A program made the translations under genes and the position numbers. From Ophelia neglecta (Eukaryota): DNA of 64,000 nt. The DNA lies in assembly GCA_965285935.1 (NCBI GenBank), contig OZ260664.1:83452001-83516000 (forward strand), read 5' to 3'. The first letter of the stretch is position 1; every line of letters starts with the position of its first letter. The notes under the pieces are model-generated. The model made no database searches. It was not told the origin of the DNA and was given only the letters and a program-made list of their open reading frames with translations. Positions 37,986-52,121 of the stretch are shown in pieces.

Positions 37986-39462
37986 ACACGATAAAAGTTA
38001 AACGGACATTTTACCAGGCATCTTTGCCTTCTGGAATAATGTTTATTATGGTAAAAGACAGTTATCGCTATGGCCAATATAGGTCTATAGTCTATAGGCT
38101 AACATAGGCTAAGCTAGAAAATTGTCCTGAACGAAAGTTGTTAATAAATGTCTGTATATATTGGCCTAAGTTTGATAGTGCCTTGTTTATTGTCCTGAAG
38201 TATACTGAAGCCTCACGAAAGTTATTCTGTTAATAAATAAATGTATGTATATAAGTTTAATGGTGCCTTGTTCATTTTATGCGGCTTTTCATAATTTTTA
38301 TTTATGTGTTGAGAACTCGTCACTAGTGATTACGACTCAAAGTATGGCATGCTCTGTATCGTTGAGCATGCGTAAGGAGAAGGTTCCTCAGCGTTCTCGT
38401 GGTTTACAAGTCCTGCTCCACCTGCAAATATACTTAAAATAGATCAAAAATACTTCATACGAGGATTTATTTTTTTCTGACTAGCAATTCTTCATCAGAT
38501 TTCTCAGAATTAGTGCACAGTGCATCAGCATAATGATTGCCAATGATAATTGATAATGATTTGAATGTCACTCTAAACTACTACCACTTCCATGTAAAAC
38601 TCCAACCACGATCTGATGACTAATGCAACAGGTGGAGCCATATGTTCCGTAATGTATATAGCGGCCTGCATTTTGCTTTTAGTGATCGTTATGTCGATTG
38701 GAAATATCATCTAAAAACACCAAAATGACATTAAGCAAGCCCGAGATTAAGGTTAATGGTTAGATTATAAACAAATAACACTACGCAGTTGTTGTGTAAA
38801 GTTTATTCAATAGTTTTAATGTATTAAATCAACAAAGAAGATGATTGTAATACCATGTGCTCATTATCGCCCAGCTCCGCAGTGCACTGGCGATCGATCG
38901 TGTGGAAAGAAAACTGACTTTGCTGAGCTGCTAACTCTAATTTAAACCGCAACCCCTTTTTTGGCCCTAATTTGCTCACTTTTTCTGATCTGAAAACGCC
39001 TACTAACGCGGTTACCAATCGAGTGAGCACGGTAACTAAGTATGGAGGGTTTTTGCTCAAAGAAGAAAAACATTCTATAAACACATAATACATGTATTGG
39101 TTGTACTATAGAAATGATGAGAATGTAAAGACATAAGAAGTTGGGGGAGTCTTCTTCTTTTACTAGAGTAGGCAGATTTTATGCAAAATCAATCATCTAC
39201 TTTCCAAGGAGTAAAGAGGTTTGGTTGTTATATCTGGTACATCTCAATCAGTGGAGGCAGGTGTTCATGAAGGACACTTTCATCTGCTTAGCAGTTCAAT
39301 CAGAAGTGAAGTTTCCTATATATCTTTCCTATAACCATTATGGAGATTAATTTATAGTTTGGCACAAAACAGCCAACAAATAACCAGAATTGACGTTGGA
39401 TATGCTGTGGATTTGACTAATATATTTGATCAAAATTCCATTTCTCTGTTTCTCTGTTACAG

Positions 39463-39588
39463 ACTCTTGGCCACTGAGATATTGTATAACTACGGCTAGA
39501 ATTTGACCTGAAGATTTAGCAAGAGAACTATAAGTGATACTCTCTTTGGTTTGGATACAAGCAGCTAGATCTCTAAATCATCAACAGG
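39463..39588 (+). other. Candidate non-coding exon of a host transcript
   Basis: Strong acceptor TTTCTCTGTTTCTCTGTTACAG and donor GG|GTAAGT. Stops in all three frames. Confidence 0.45.
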
Positions 39589-41987
39589 GTAAGTCTTGGG
39601 ATATTGCTTCTGAATACAAGTTTTCTTGTCTTTCCTGATCTTGGACAATCCTGATGTCTGTCTACAATACATGTCTAAAAATAATAATGACAACAATATT
39701 TCATTGCCCACCTCTTTTTTTGATGAAAAAAAAGAAGGAATATATATCTAGACACATTGGACATCTGGTAACCCAAAGACCTGCACTTATTTATCACCCT
39801 TGACTCTTGAGACTTGTCCCTCCACATTCCTAATTAAAGCACTGCACACTGAAACAGTTTTGTCTTTTGTGGTCTGCTTAGGACTAGGACATTTTTGGGC
39901 ACTTTTTACAAACTTACTATTTTATATATCATTTTTATTTGTAGATACAATCACCTTATAAGGATAATTGTTAGGTTGTTACCATCCAGCAACTAGGTAC
40001 AACAAAGACAAATTAGTACTTCATTCATTATACTAGCCTTTTTTTTAATTTCCAGTTCAAAATAAATTATAGTCGCCATGGTACAAACAAAAAAATTGGA
40101 GAAAAAAACATTTGAAAAGTTAAGAATAAATAATTGCAATGAAAAATGATAGTAAAAAAAGCACAACATAATGAGAGTTAATTACAAGTAAGGTAATACT
40201 AACAACATTTGGTAATAACATTAGGAGAACATTGGGGGCTAGAAGCTAGCACTCATGGACAATAAAATCTCCTGCTCAGGGCCAGGTGCTAATGATATAT
40301 TAGGGCTTCTGTTTAATTTCAAGCATTTATTTGTAGATCTATATATCAATTGGCAGTTACATAGGTCATGGGATTACTGTTTCCAATAATGATTGTTTGA
40401 TCAAGCCAAAGAAAAGAGAAATCCATTCGTGTTTCATGACCAAGGTGCGTTTCCTGGAGTATCAATAACCAGGGGTACATTATTTATTCATCCTTTGAGC
40501 TGGTGATTCTAGCTTCAGACCTGTTCATAACAGTTCAAGTGGGCTCTAAAAACCAATTTGAATGTTTGCTGCCTTTTATTGATCCATCTTCTTCAATGAG
40601 TTAGAACTGGCTTCTCAATTGGTACTTAATAGCTGTAATGTCCTCCTTGGATCAGTGGATAAACTTGTCAGGCAACTGTGGTTTTAGTAATAGTAAGACT
40701 TGAATAGGTCATCAAACATTTAACGAACATTCACACAACTCTCACTCAAACCACAAAACATTAATCTTTAACCCTCCCAGATCTGTATATTGTACATGTT
40801 GTATGTAGATATTTATTATAGTAAGTGAATTGTCTGTTTACAAGAATATAATATTTGAGGTTTGATCCCTCGAAAGCCCCTATTCCATAACTGTTGACAA
40901 GTAGCTGAAGCTGGTTGTGAACTAAGATTATATATAAACAGTATTGTTTGTTTACTCTCATGTTTGTAAACAGCATCATGTAATGTATAACCGACCTGTC
41001 ACAGCTTTTAATAAATGAACATGTACATGTAAAGTTAAATACTAATCAAATTCCAGTACAATATTGATTTGACTGCTATGTTATTACTTCAGTCATGGCT
41101 TCTTTGTGAGCAGCCAATTATTCAGGAGATAAATAAATATTTGTCACACTTTTTAAGAAAATAATTGTGGGCCTTCTTGTAAAATGACTCCTGGAACTCC
41201 AGTTTGAGGAAATCACCAGGATATTGACTGTACTGATCATGATATAAAAGACTGCCAGCAGTCTCTTGGAGGATACTGATCTATTTGTCAACATGTAGTG
41301 ACAATGATCATTATGGCTGGTTGAGTCAACTTTCAGAGCTAGTTGTTTGTTTTAGAAGTTGTCTCTGGCATCCTGTTAATGGTCCTGGTTAATATAAATA
41401 CTGATTACCTATTGTTACCTCCTGGGGGGGCTGCCGATGCTTCAATCTCACCTTGTTTCCTCACAAATCAAATGATGCCTCACAGTGACATATGATGATC
41501 TCATGTCAATATGTGTATTCACTGAGGAAATAGTGTTCCCAGGTATTAAAATACCTCTGCAGCCATATTCCAGAAAACTGTGCAACATTGGAATAGGGCT
41601 GTTAAGAATAAAGCTGTCTTGCTCTTTATTTACTTTGGAAACAATTCCATATTGTTAATTGTTTATGAAGTATATGTAAAAGTATATGTTTTTTTATTAA
41701 GTGTTTTAGCTGCAATAATATTTTGAATATAATAATTAACACTACTCAAATTTATATTAATTTAGGATGGGCAACTTATGAGAGGTATTATAAAACTTTA
41801 GATTGTCCATAGATGTCTTGAATTAATTTTGAGGGTTCTTGTATAAAGAAAAATCCCGGTATAAAATGTTCTTATGAATAATCAATGTCAGCGTTGTTGT
41901 GTTCAAGGCCAGAATTACAAGACTGGTTGAGTTGCCTCAAAGTCCCTTATTAGGTGACAACCTGCGGGAAGGTTGTTTATTCCCCAA

Positions 41988-42226
41988 GGCCTGGTTTCTG
42001 GAAGCAGTTTGAGTTTGGGATTAGATTAGCCTATTGTCGATTACCTGCATAAATTATGTTTCTGGAATATTCCCTTTGACCGGGACTAAGTTAAAGACCC
42101 AAATGGTTAGGTTAAGGACCAAATCCAGCTTCTAGAAAACCCAGATTAGTCATTGAGGCCAAGTAAGCCCTTTAATCCTGATTTATATCTGAGTTATGAG
42201 TTAAGACCCCTCCCAGAAACAGGGCC
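41988..42226. mobile_element. PIF/Harbinger-group MITE
   Basis: GGCCTGGTTTCTGG ... CCAGAAACAGGGCC followed by CAG. Inverted homolog of 51885-52121. Confidence 0.75.
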
Positions 42227-43829
42227 CAGGTACCAAGCCGGTGTAGATTAGAATGATAATCAATATTTTACTTGCTCTCTACCGAGACTTGATACAACTC
42301 ACTTTTTTCCCCATCATTATGATTCTGATTCTCTAGGGTTACCTGTCATTTGCTTTTGCATGGCAGATATATTATGGATGTGACTTTCACTGCACCCTGC
42401 TCCATTTAAATTATTGTTTATCACCCCTATTTATGGGTATCTTTATATTTTAAGCTTTCAAGCTTCAATCCTTCTTTTGCTCAAACATTCTATAATTTAA
42501 TGTAATATATAGAACAAAATTAACCATTTTTTTTATTGATAAATCAGTTAAACTGTAAATAATATATGTCCTAATGTTTATTTGACAACAATAAACTAGC
42601 AGTGCTATTTATTTCCTAATCATATTATATAACAACTTAAAGAAAGTTCAAGGAAAGTTTCAAATTGATGTACATGTATATTTATTTTGAAAGTGATAGC
42701 TATGAATTTCGTTGAGACAAGTGTCTATGACCAGAAGGGGTAACAGGATTCCTAGGATCTATATTCAAGGCTGAAATGGTTGATTTATTATCATTTTGTT
42801 GTTGTAGTCATAACAGATTTCATCTGGGTGGGTGTCACTTCCTGGTAATGGCTGGCTTTGTGTTTGTCTAGAAATGAGTTTACAAGATCATGAATAACTG
42901 ACACTCCTTCTAGAATTGATTCCTCAGCCTCCAGCCAGCAGGACATGTTTTTAACAGAGCTATCTTAGCTTTCATAAAGAACAGATTTCTGTGTTTGATG
43001 TCAGGTGCAGGTTCCAAACACTGATGACATTACACTGGTGATTTAACAAACCCACACAGGAGCAGGGTTGCTAAGTTCTGGTTATCCAATTGTAGGGGGA
43101 TTTGTCATTTTTAGAGGTCTCTGGGGGGTCAAATGGAAGGTTTTCCTTGGAAGCACATATCCAAATGTGGGGATCATGGTATGCCTGAATGTACAGTACC
43201 AAGAGCATTGTTTTGTTAGAAAGGCACCTGACCTATAACATATTAGAATTGCCCATTTGTGGTTGCATCAACCCAAAATGAATACAAGTAAAATTTATCT
43301 TGTACAAATCATTTTTGACACTATTGTAACTGAATTCCTGAATTCATAAGCAAGAGCAAATGTCAAATGATTTCTTTCAAAAGCCAAGAGCAATATCTGC
43401 CAAAGCTGTGTAACAGTGAAAAGCTCTTCATTCCTGTATTATTATAACACACAAAAACATACTCCACGGACTGGACACTTCAAACCTTTCTCCATGTGCT
43501 CAATGTTCCAGGATTTTTATCAGTTCCAAACAATTTGGGCCAGACCCTAAAACATGAATAAAGTGAGGCCATATATAGGGGAAATTTATAAATCTATGCT
43601 CAGGCTACTCAGGGTAAAAGTGTTTGATAATAACTATAAGTTGTGGATCTCACCAGGGGAGTAGGTAGTTTTAATAGATACATGGATAAAATATAATTTA
43701 ATTGTTTATTTCTATATACCACAAGACACACAGATACATTTTGGTATATCAAATACATAAATGGAGAAATAACTTAAGGGATTTTATCATATTTTAGGCG
43801 GCAGATGGGGTATGGATTCCCCTCTTGAT

Positions 43830-44120
43830 CATGAATGAATTGTTATTCAAGTATCAGCACACACTGCGTACCACGAGCCAGTCTCAATAGAAAGTCACCC
43901 AAACATTTACCATTGCTTCCAGGTCATACATGCATATCCTCTTTAACAGTGCAATGTATTTAAGGCATTGAAGTGAACATTTCATCAATCATACTTCTGA
44001 GAGTTCAGGAGGCTCTTCTTTCACTGGGCGGCCTAGTAGACAATCCCGTGTGAACATTACGAGACCTTCATGGGTTATTTACACGGAAACACAGCCTAGC
44101 GAGCATGCTGCAGCCAACAG
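43830..44120 (-). repeat. Young interspersed repeat (SINE/LINE 3'-like), copy 2, with (TTCA)n-like tail
   Basis: Matches 34985-35162. The - strand ends ...TTGAATAACAATTCATTCAT. Confidence 0.8.
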
Positions 44121-46227
44121 ACACGACTGACCAGTAGACTCCTAGACAGGCAAGGAAAGGAGTTGGCCCTTCTGTAAAGAAAACACAAATTATATGTGCA
44201 GATCCTGCTTTTAAATTGGATGGATAAAATATATTGTAACAGGATATAATTCACTGTTTTCCAAGTCTACCAGAGTAAGGATCTAGTATTAATAGGAGCT
44301 AATAAGGTAAGGATCTTAACATCCAAGTTTGCATGATTGTCTGCAATAGGGGCCCAGTACATACTCCCTTCAGTCAGGTAACTCAAAATAGAAGTGAAAA
44401 GTGTAGTCAATACAGTATTGTAGGAAGACATCACACTCTGTTGGAACTATACTAGTTTGTTGGGGACATTTCCAGACCCCTACCTAATTTCATTGTTATA
44501 TTAAAGTATTCATTTTCCCGCATGTAATGGTTTACTTTTATGCAGTTCAACTGTGTCCATATTATATGAATGTGTTGTTTTTATATAAGTTAATATTGTG
44601 ATAATAATATGCATAGGTACATGTATTTCTTGTAAAATAATATTGAGTAGGTCTTCCTGGATATGGTGTAATAGAAAGATTCATAAATAATAAGAAGAAG
44701 GACCCCAATCATTGATCATATCAGAGTTTACTACAACAAGTAGCCATTGCTCCGTAAAAGCCAGCTGTGTTGTAAACTGTCTCGCAATCACCAGATCTAA
44801 CGACAACCTGCGCCTTATGTGAAGCACCAGTTTGCATTTTTCAGTATATGGCAATTTTAACATTGTCATGGATGTGCATACTACACAGATTTAACCTTAA
44901 CTAGTTTTTTATTCAAAAATGAAAGTTCATTTAGCATAATTGATGGATGCCCTAGTCTAATGGAACCAAAGCATTATGAAATAACTGGCGACCCATTGAA
45001 ATGTGTTTCGTAGGCTGAGTCAACCGATTTATGTAAAATCAATAACTGTCCTGACTCGGAAAGGTCACATTTTCATATCTGGAGCAAACTACGCAATAGC
45101 CAGATCTATTTAAATAGGGACAGCCTGCCTGCTCAGCAGTTAATGCTCAAGTGATGAACTTAATGTACTACGATCTTTTCCATAGACATCAGAGCCTTAT
45201 TAGTTTCTAGCGTGGACACCCAAAGATTTGGGAATCAAAACTTGGGAAAAGATGTAATGGTGATAAAGCTACTAGTTGTAGTGGTAATATAAAACAAAAA
45301 CTTCTACATCAAGGTACAGTAAACCGTTGTTAACATATGTAACATGAAAATTTTGCAATAATCATGAACGTTTTCTAGCTCGCAAAAATACATGTGGTCT
45401 ACAGTAAGCACTGATTCATCTATGTGGATGACATACTGTTTTGTGCTCTTCCTGCATATGGCCAGGTAATGCAATAATTAAAAAAAAACTATATGGCCTA
45501 GGCTGGCAAAAAACAGTCTGGGCAGGCAAAAGACAATCTGGGCTGGCCAAAGACAATCTGGGCTGGTCAGGCAAAGAAGTCTGGGAAGGCAAAAAAGTCT
45601 GAAAAACAAAAAAATAGTCTAAGCATGAAGGCAGGCAAAAAAAGCCTGAGCAGCACAATACACTGGCATGTAAGGTCCAGGGGAATAAAATACTGGGAAG
45701 GCATGTTTGCCATGTGTATCTGGACAGAAAAAGGCCTTTTTTTACAGATGATTTTGTTAATACAGATGATTTTTGCCTCCAAGGTTTGCATAAGAGCTCA
45801 AAAGTGTTTTAACAAACCATCACATTGTTTGCTTTTACAGATCTGTGTGATTATATAGTGGATTTTTGCATCTAAAACGACATTAAATATCTGTGTTTTT
45901 CATCTTAGATGATAGGATCAACTTGGCATTCAACAGTTAATATAAAACAGCCTGATCATCACACATTTTATTGACTTGTTTTGGCAGCTCAAACCACAAA
46001 ACATTGATCTTTTAGCCTTAGAGCTGTGTACCTGGAGCGGTTTACATTGTATGGGGTGATTATTGTGCTACTGTTTGTATGTGTGCATAGAAATTATGTT
46101 TATTATGTGATCAGGGGAGCGATTTCTTCTGCTTGGTAAATGTTGACGAAAGCAAAGCTGGCACTAAATAGCTATATAATGAGACTTAAGCATGGGGATG
46201 GGTTGTTTGGTTACTGTCGGCATAGTA

Positions 46228-46697
46228 CAGTGAAACCTGCCTTAAAGACCACCTCTATGATTTTGTATACTTTCAATGTTATATACCGTATACATTCCAA
46301 TAAGCGCCCCTGCTCTAATAAGCGCCCCCCCCCCCCCCCCCACAGAGTTTTTGGGGCAGCAGAAGGTCCATAAATGTCATATAGATTCCGCCGGCCGATG
46401 GGCGAAAATAAAACAATTTTGCGTATACATACCACTTTACTGCAAAAGCCGAGACAAACGATCAATTAAAACAGTGTCAGTTGACGAAAACTCAATCTCA
46501 CAAGGGATTTCCAGTCCACGGAAATGTGCCCTAATAAGCGCCCCCCGTGAGTTTTTTTTTAGATTTCTGTTCCTATTTCTAAGTGCCATGGGGTGCTTAT
46601 TGGAATGAATACGGTAACCTGTCTAATCAGACCACCTCCAAAATCAGACCAGTATTCTCCAGTCCCTTTGGTGGTCCTTAATTTACAGGTTTCACTG
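46228..46697. mobile_element. CAGTGAAACCTG MITE containing a nested MITE
   Basis: TA-CAGTGAAACCTG ... CAGGTTTCACTG-TA. Confidence 0.85.
46286..46614. mobile_element. pogo-type MITE nested in a MITE
   Basis: TA-CCGTATACATTCCAATAAGCGCCC ... GGGTGCTTATTGGAATGAATACGG-TA, with internal AATAAGCGCCC repeats. Confidence 0.88.
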
Positions 46698-48436
46698 TAT
46701 GTGGAAAGTACAGCATTTTACCTGCCTCTGTTGTTAATGAATATACCTGCACATGTCCCTGAAAAAACAGTACTCATGTAATATTGATTTGAATGTAGTT
46801 AGCTACTAGGTCTTTTTCATGTCAGCCACAGCCACTGTTCTTTGCTGAGCAGTCAATAATTCAGGAGATGGATTTTACTTGGTTGTTTTCATTGTGAGCA
46901 TGCATTCCTCTTGTTAAATAGTGGTCGAAGCTACAGTTTAAGGACTTAAATGCCTACACTGGACTGTTTGCTATTTTAAATACACCTCATTTATTAGGGG
47001 AATGAGATTTACATGAAATAGGAGGATCTCCGTGTCTCCTGGTCTCGCTAATATCAGGCATTAAGAGCTTAAACATAGATTTTGAAACATTTTTTGAAAG
47101 CCCAAAGACTGACCTCGCTATGACAATAATAGTTGTCTCCTCACAACCTCATTTGCCGGATTTTAACGTGAGCCCAACCCCTACCACTGTGAGCAGGGTA
47201 ACACAGATATGGTCGTGCAGTTCACTTTAAAAGTAATGGACACACATCAGTCTTGTTTGTTTTAGGCATCGCCTGAGGGGTGTTTTAAAGTGGTACAGAT
47301 TTCTGTAGATACAACATGAGTATCAATTGGTCCCTTAGGCAAAGAGAGGCGGACTTCCCATCTTGTCTTACTTCTGTAAAATCAAATGGTGCCTCTAGGT
47401 AACACTGTCATGTATGTCATCATCAGTGTAAAATGTTGAAGTAAGTTGTGTGATGTTTCGCATACAATATTACTTATAACAGTTACTAATTAGTTAAAAA
47501 GTATCTCTGTTTTTCAGCAGAAGTTTGTTTTCACTGCTGGAATAAATCATTAAGGAACAAAATGCCTAATTTATTTAAATTGAAAGCCATTATATATAAT
47601 CAGTGGACTGTTTGAACTACAAGGGTTTAAACAATTGATTTGTGTAAGAGAGATTCATACACTCTTGTTTAGTTCCCATCAATCAATATTAATTCATGTG
47701 TGTTGAGGAGTACATGTATCTAGGATTGAAGCTCAAAATGATGACCAAACTGACAATTAATCGATATGTGTGTTCTTCTGTTAATTTGGTTGTGGTGTTT
47801 CGATTGTCCATAGAAAAGTTGAGTTATTTTTAGGGTCCTGCTATCGGAGGACATAATTGAATATTTGTATGGTTTCATGAATAATTTATGGACAAAGCTG
47901 GGTATTCAAGGCCACATTTAAAATAACATCCTAGTCTCACAAAAGTCATTATCATCCAGACAATACCTATTGACCAGGAAGTGTGAAGCCAATTACACCC
48001 TGTGTCCGTGATCGATGTATGCCTGGTAAGGTGTACTTGGTCAGTATCTGAGGTAACATGAATGGGCATTTTGGATGGGCAGAGTTACAGCCCTCCTCTC
48101 TCCCCATCTTCTCTCAGGGTGTGAAGCCAGTTACACTGCGAGTCTGTGATCCATGTATGCCTGGTATCGCAATGGGCATGAACAGGGATTGGTATCGGCT
48201 GAGTAACATCCCCCCCCCCCCCCTGACCCTTCTGTCTTATCAAATGATTTTCTGGAGTGTGGTGGGATGATGTATTGTTGTTTAATAAATGCTCATCTTT
48301 AACAGTATTACATATTCCATGTCGTCAATGCAGGAAAGGTATCTGACTTAAAACAAACTGCAATGAGCATGCATTGCCACGACAGATAGCAGTCACCGTA
48401 GTCCCTGAAAATAAATGGGGCACATACATATCTATA

Positions 48437-48614
48437 CAGTGGTCCCTGTGATGACGGGACCCTCTGATGAAGGGACTCCCTCTGACCACAGGACATTTTT
48501 CAATGCCCTTGTCCTATCTTTTCTATGTTAATGACCCTCTGATGAAGGGACACCTGCTAATGAGGGACACTTTTGCTTGGATTTAGAGGTGTTCTTATAT
48601 TGAAGGGACTACCG
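48437..48614. mobile_element. Tc1/mariner-pogo type MITE
   Basis: TA-CAGTGGTCCCT ... AGGGACTACCG-TA, with internal GATGAAGGGAC repeats. Confidence 0.7.
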
Positions 48615-50654
48615 TATTTCCAATAAAGGGAGGCAGAGGTCAATATCCCCCATTTACACTCAGGCCTGTGTGTTTGCTCATTCAATGAGCCTGCGATTTA
48701 CAATTGTAAGGCACGTATGATATATTGTCAAATAGCGTCTGTGACTGGGGACAGGAAGTCTGCTGCCCTTTGTAAACGTACCATATACCATATGTATTTG
48801 GTAAAAGGGTATGAATTGGAGTTTTTTTTTTGGTGATTAACAACACAAGGCTTTTAAGGCAGGGTCCAACTTCTTTGCCCCTGCAGATGCTCCTCACCAT
48901 CCTGATGTTAAGGTTTAGGCATATGAGCCATGGAGTACAAACACATCTATGAATAACACATACATGTATATACATAAAAAACCTATTACAGGTGGATCTT
49001 GTAGGCTTTAGAAATACACTTTCAATGTAATCTCATTGGTGGAGACCATATCCCTTAGTGCCGTTATGAATGCATTTTGTCACACACCTAATTTTTGGGA
49101 TCATACACATATATGAGACAAACCCTCAAAGTGGCGTCCGTCCGCATATTGCTGTGTTGTCAAATGTTGAATTTTTATACAAAGATATGATCCCTACATG
49201 CTGTATTAAGGCAGTGTATTTTCAAATGTTTCATTCTTGTGCCTATCCAGTGCTTGTAGTGGAATGCTAACATTTTTCCATTTGGTGGTAACCAGTACAT
49301 ACAATATATCATGGAATGAACAGAAAGTCATGAATGAGTAGGACTAAATGACTAAATGACTACCTGTCTTAGGCCTACAAACGTATCTTGTCATCCGAGC
49401 AGTGCATGAAACCGAAATAACTAATACTTTCACTGTACAATAATAGTAACTATTATAAGAAATCTCCACTCTTCTGGAGCCATATCTTTATATCATTGAC
49501 TATTCTATTGTTGCATGTAATTACTGTCCCATCTTAAATGGTGTATAAGTGCCCAGTTTCACTGCCTTGAAGAGCCATTATCTCCTTTGTTTTCTCCTCT
49601 GTGGCCTCTCCCCTTTACTACCTCCTTTAACCTTGTTTGTAGGTCAAGTGGAAATCGCCTGAAAGCCATAATGGTCCATACTGGCCACTCAATTATATGC
49701 ACACACATATCTGGCTCTGTTAACAGTTATTATGGTGTCCGATCAAAGAAGATTTGGTCAATAAACCAATTTACATTCAAATGGTTGGTGCTTTGTTTTC
49801 TATCTTTACACTAGGCTAGTTTTTCTGTGGTTTGGCTTTGATCTCAGTTTAACTAGTCAAAACCTTACAATTGAAGAGTGGGTTTTAAAAAAAGTACAAA
49901 AATACCATCATTGTACTTTTTCCAACAAGAGAGGATAAAACAAAGGGTGAAAATTCTTTGTAAAAATGTCCCGACTAACAAAGGAAGTCAGACCAACATT
50001 GATGAGGTTACCAACAATGATGGAATGTGCTGCAAGTATAAGAGTTGCGATTCTTTGTGATTTTCTTTTCATTTCGCTATTAAAGCAAAGAACCGGTGCA
50101 GCTGAGAAATTATACAATGTTTCTCCTGCTTTATATATGGTGGGAGTTCTTTGACAACTGAATAATGACTTTTTTTAATTATTTTGCTAAAGTATTTTTA
50201 TTGTCACAGAAGTGTTGACAAAGTTAGCAGCTCATTTATCTTGTGATGATTGTACCAAAGAAATTTAAATGTATACACTGAAACAAAGGTAGATGATATG
50301 TCAAGATTACTTGTGAAGCATTTTCAAATAAATCTTGAAAAATATAGCAAAGAACATTCAAAGCAAGTAGGTGGAAAATGTGAGAAATTTATTAATTCAC
50401 ATGACAATTAAATTGATGTTTTTTACAATGGTTTTGCAGAATATGATTTGATACATAAAGTAATAAGGGTATATATTTAGGTTTTTTTTTATAAGAAAAA
50501 TGTCATGAATTAGTGCCAATCGTCATATTTGTGAATTGAGTGACTGGCAACCATTTCCATTATGTAGAGTATATGCCTTATTGTGCTGTACAGTGTTTGT
50601 TGTTGACTTCTGTGATGTTTAACTGATTCCTAATCGTACCCCATCCTCTCTCAG

Positions 50655-50792
50655 CCATGAGCTGTACAGTGTGGGGCTCACTGACAGGCCAGGTGTGTCA
50701 GGGACACAGCTGTACCTGGATAACTCTCAACACTGTGTCTGGCTGCTACGGAAACACACAGAAAGTGGAAACATCCTAGCTACCAGCCAAGG
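50655..50792 (+). other. Candidate exon of a host transcript
   Basis: Acceptor CCATCCTCTCTCAG, donor GG|GTAAAG, locally raised GC and one open frame (HELYSVGLTDRPGVSGTQLYLDNSQHCVWLLRKH...). No recognisable homology. Confidence 0.3.
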
Positions 50793-51884
50793 GTAAAGCT
50801 TTTATGTCAATGTTTGTCAACTCTATGGCACCCGATATCAGATTCAGGTGCTTTCATGCTTCCAAATTTGCTAAGAAAGGAAACTTTTATGATTCAAGAG
50901 AGTGCAAGACTTATTTAAATGCAGGTATAATATGTGATGACAATGTTGAGAAAAAGCGTCCACCTCATTATCAATATTCTACTCTTTCACTCCTTTCTCT
51001 TCAAGATGTCAGTAGCATTTGACAAGAAGGACATTGCAATAGATGAAATGTGACCCTTCCTAGGTAAAAATAAGAATCCCCAAACACAGCTTGCCTGTTT
51101 TCAAACCCATTTTAAAAGCATAACAGTATTTAAAATTATCTGATCAATTTGTAATAATAACTTCCTCTAATATCACATCAATGTTTGTGAAAGCTGGTAT
51201 TGGTTTGGGATTAATTTCCATTCAAAGAACTCCCCATTCTCCACACGCCTCCACCTTTAATGCCAGGGTACACTGTACCTGCCTGGTTTACCTTCTCTGG
51301 TATCCTTGCCGCCAAGTGTATGTTACATTAGGACAGTGGGAGGACACAGGGACCTTTTAACCCTGGTGCCGTGGACGTAGTCTCCTCACAGTGTCCTGTG
51401 GACAGAAGACACAAAAAGCCATCACTGGTAAAGGATGCAAGGATCATGTGTCTCTCATAATATTTGTTTTGAGGCTCAGACATGTTGGACATAAGAATGG
51501 ACAATTTCAGAACAGACTGTTCCATAATGCTCCTTAATGCAGAGTTTGTTAGAATAAAAGGTATGGCTTACCTGGGAGTTCCAAGCTACAAGAACCCATT
51601 GTCGTGAGTTTAGGTCATTGCATTGAATTTAGATTTGATTTCAAGAGTCTGCTTTTGTTCTATTAAAATTGCTTTAAACCTAATAGAATATGATTTGTTC
51701 ATGGTTGATAAACATTCTTCTTGCTACATGTAACTCTCGGAGCTGAGATGCTAGAGCGTGTATGTTAGTAATATTTTGTAATGTTCTTTCTTGCAGTTTT
51801 TATCAGCTTGAGGAGGGAATTTTGAACTAGGTCAAAGGTACTTGAGACCTTGTCTGATCCTATTTCTTTGAGGCTAGCATGCAG

Positions 51885-52121
51885 GGCCTGGTTTCTGGAA
51901 GCTGTCTTAAGTCTTAAACAGATGTTTAATCAGGATTAAAGTGCTAATCGGATTTATCTTACTTATTGGGGTTTTCTGAATGCTGGATTTGGTCTTAAAC
52001 CTGGCCATTTTGGTCTTAAACCCAAACCAAGGCAATGAAAACACTGCCTGATAAGGTCTCGGCTAATCAGTAATAGACTTATCTAATCCCTAACCTTAGG
52101 ACAGCTTCCAGAAACCAGGCC
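51885..52121. mobile_element. PIF/Harbinger-group MITE with CAG TSD
   Basis: CAG-GGCCTGGTTTCTGGAAGCTGTC ... GACAGCTTCCAGAAACCAGGCC-CAG (perfect 22-bp TIR). Confidence 0.88.

Larger units (their letters stand above)
35663..39032 (+). mobile_element. pogo-superfamily transposon (Passer/POGK-like, DD35D), full length
   Basis: TA-CCGTACTCTCTCGA..TAACCGC ... GCGGTTA..TCGAGTGAGCACGG-TA. Subterminal TAAACCGC repeats. Intact transposase gene. Confidence 0.9.

Noticed and set aside
44791-44801. CCAGATCTAAC resembling the 5' end of miR-750
   Set aside because: The match stops after 11 nt and there is no precursor hairpin.
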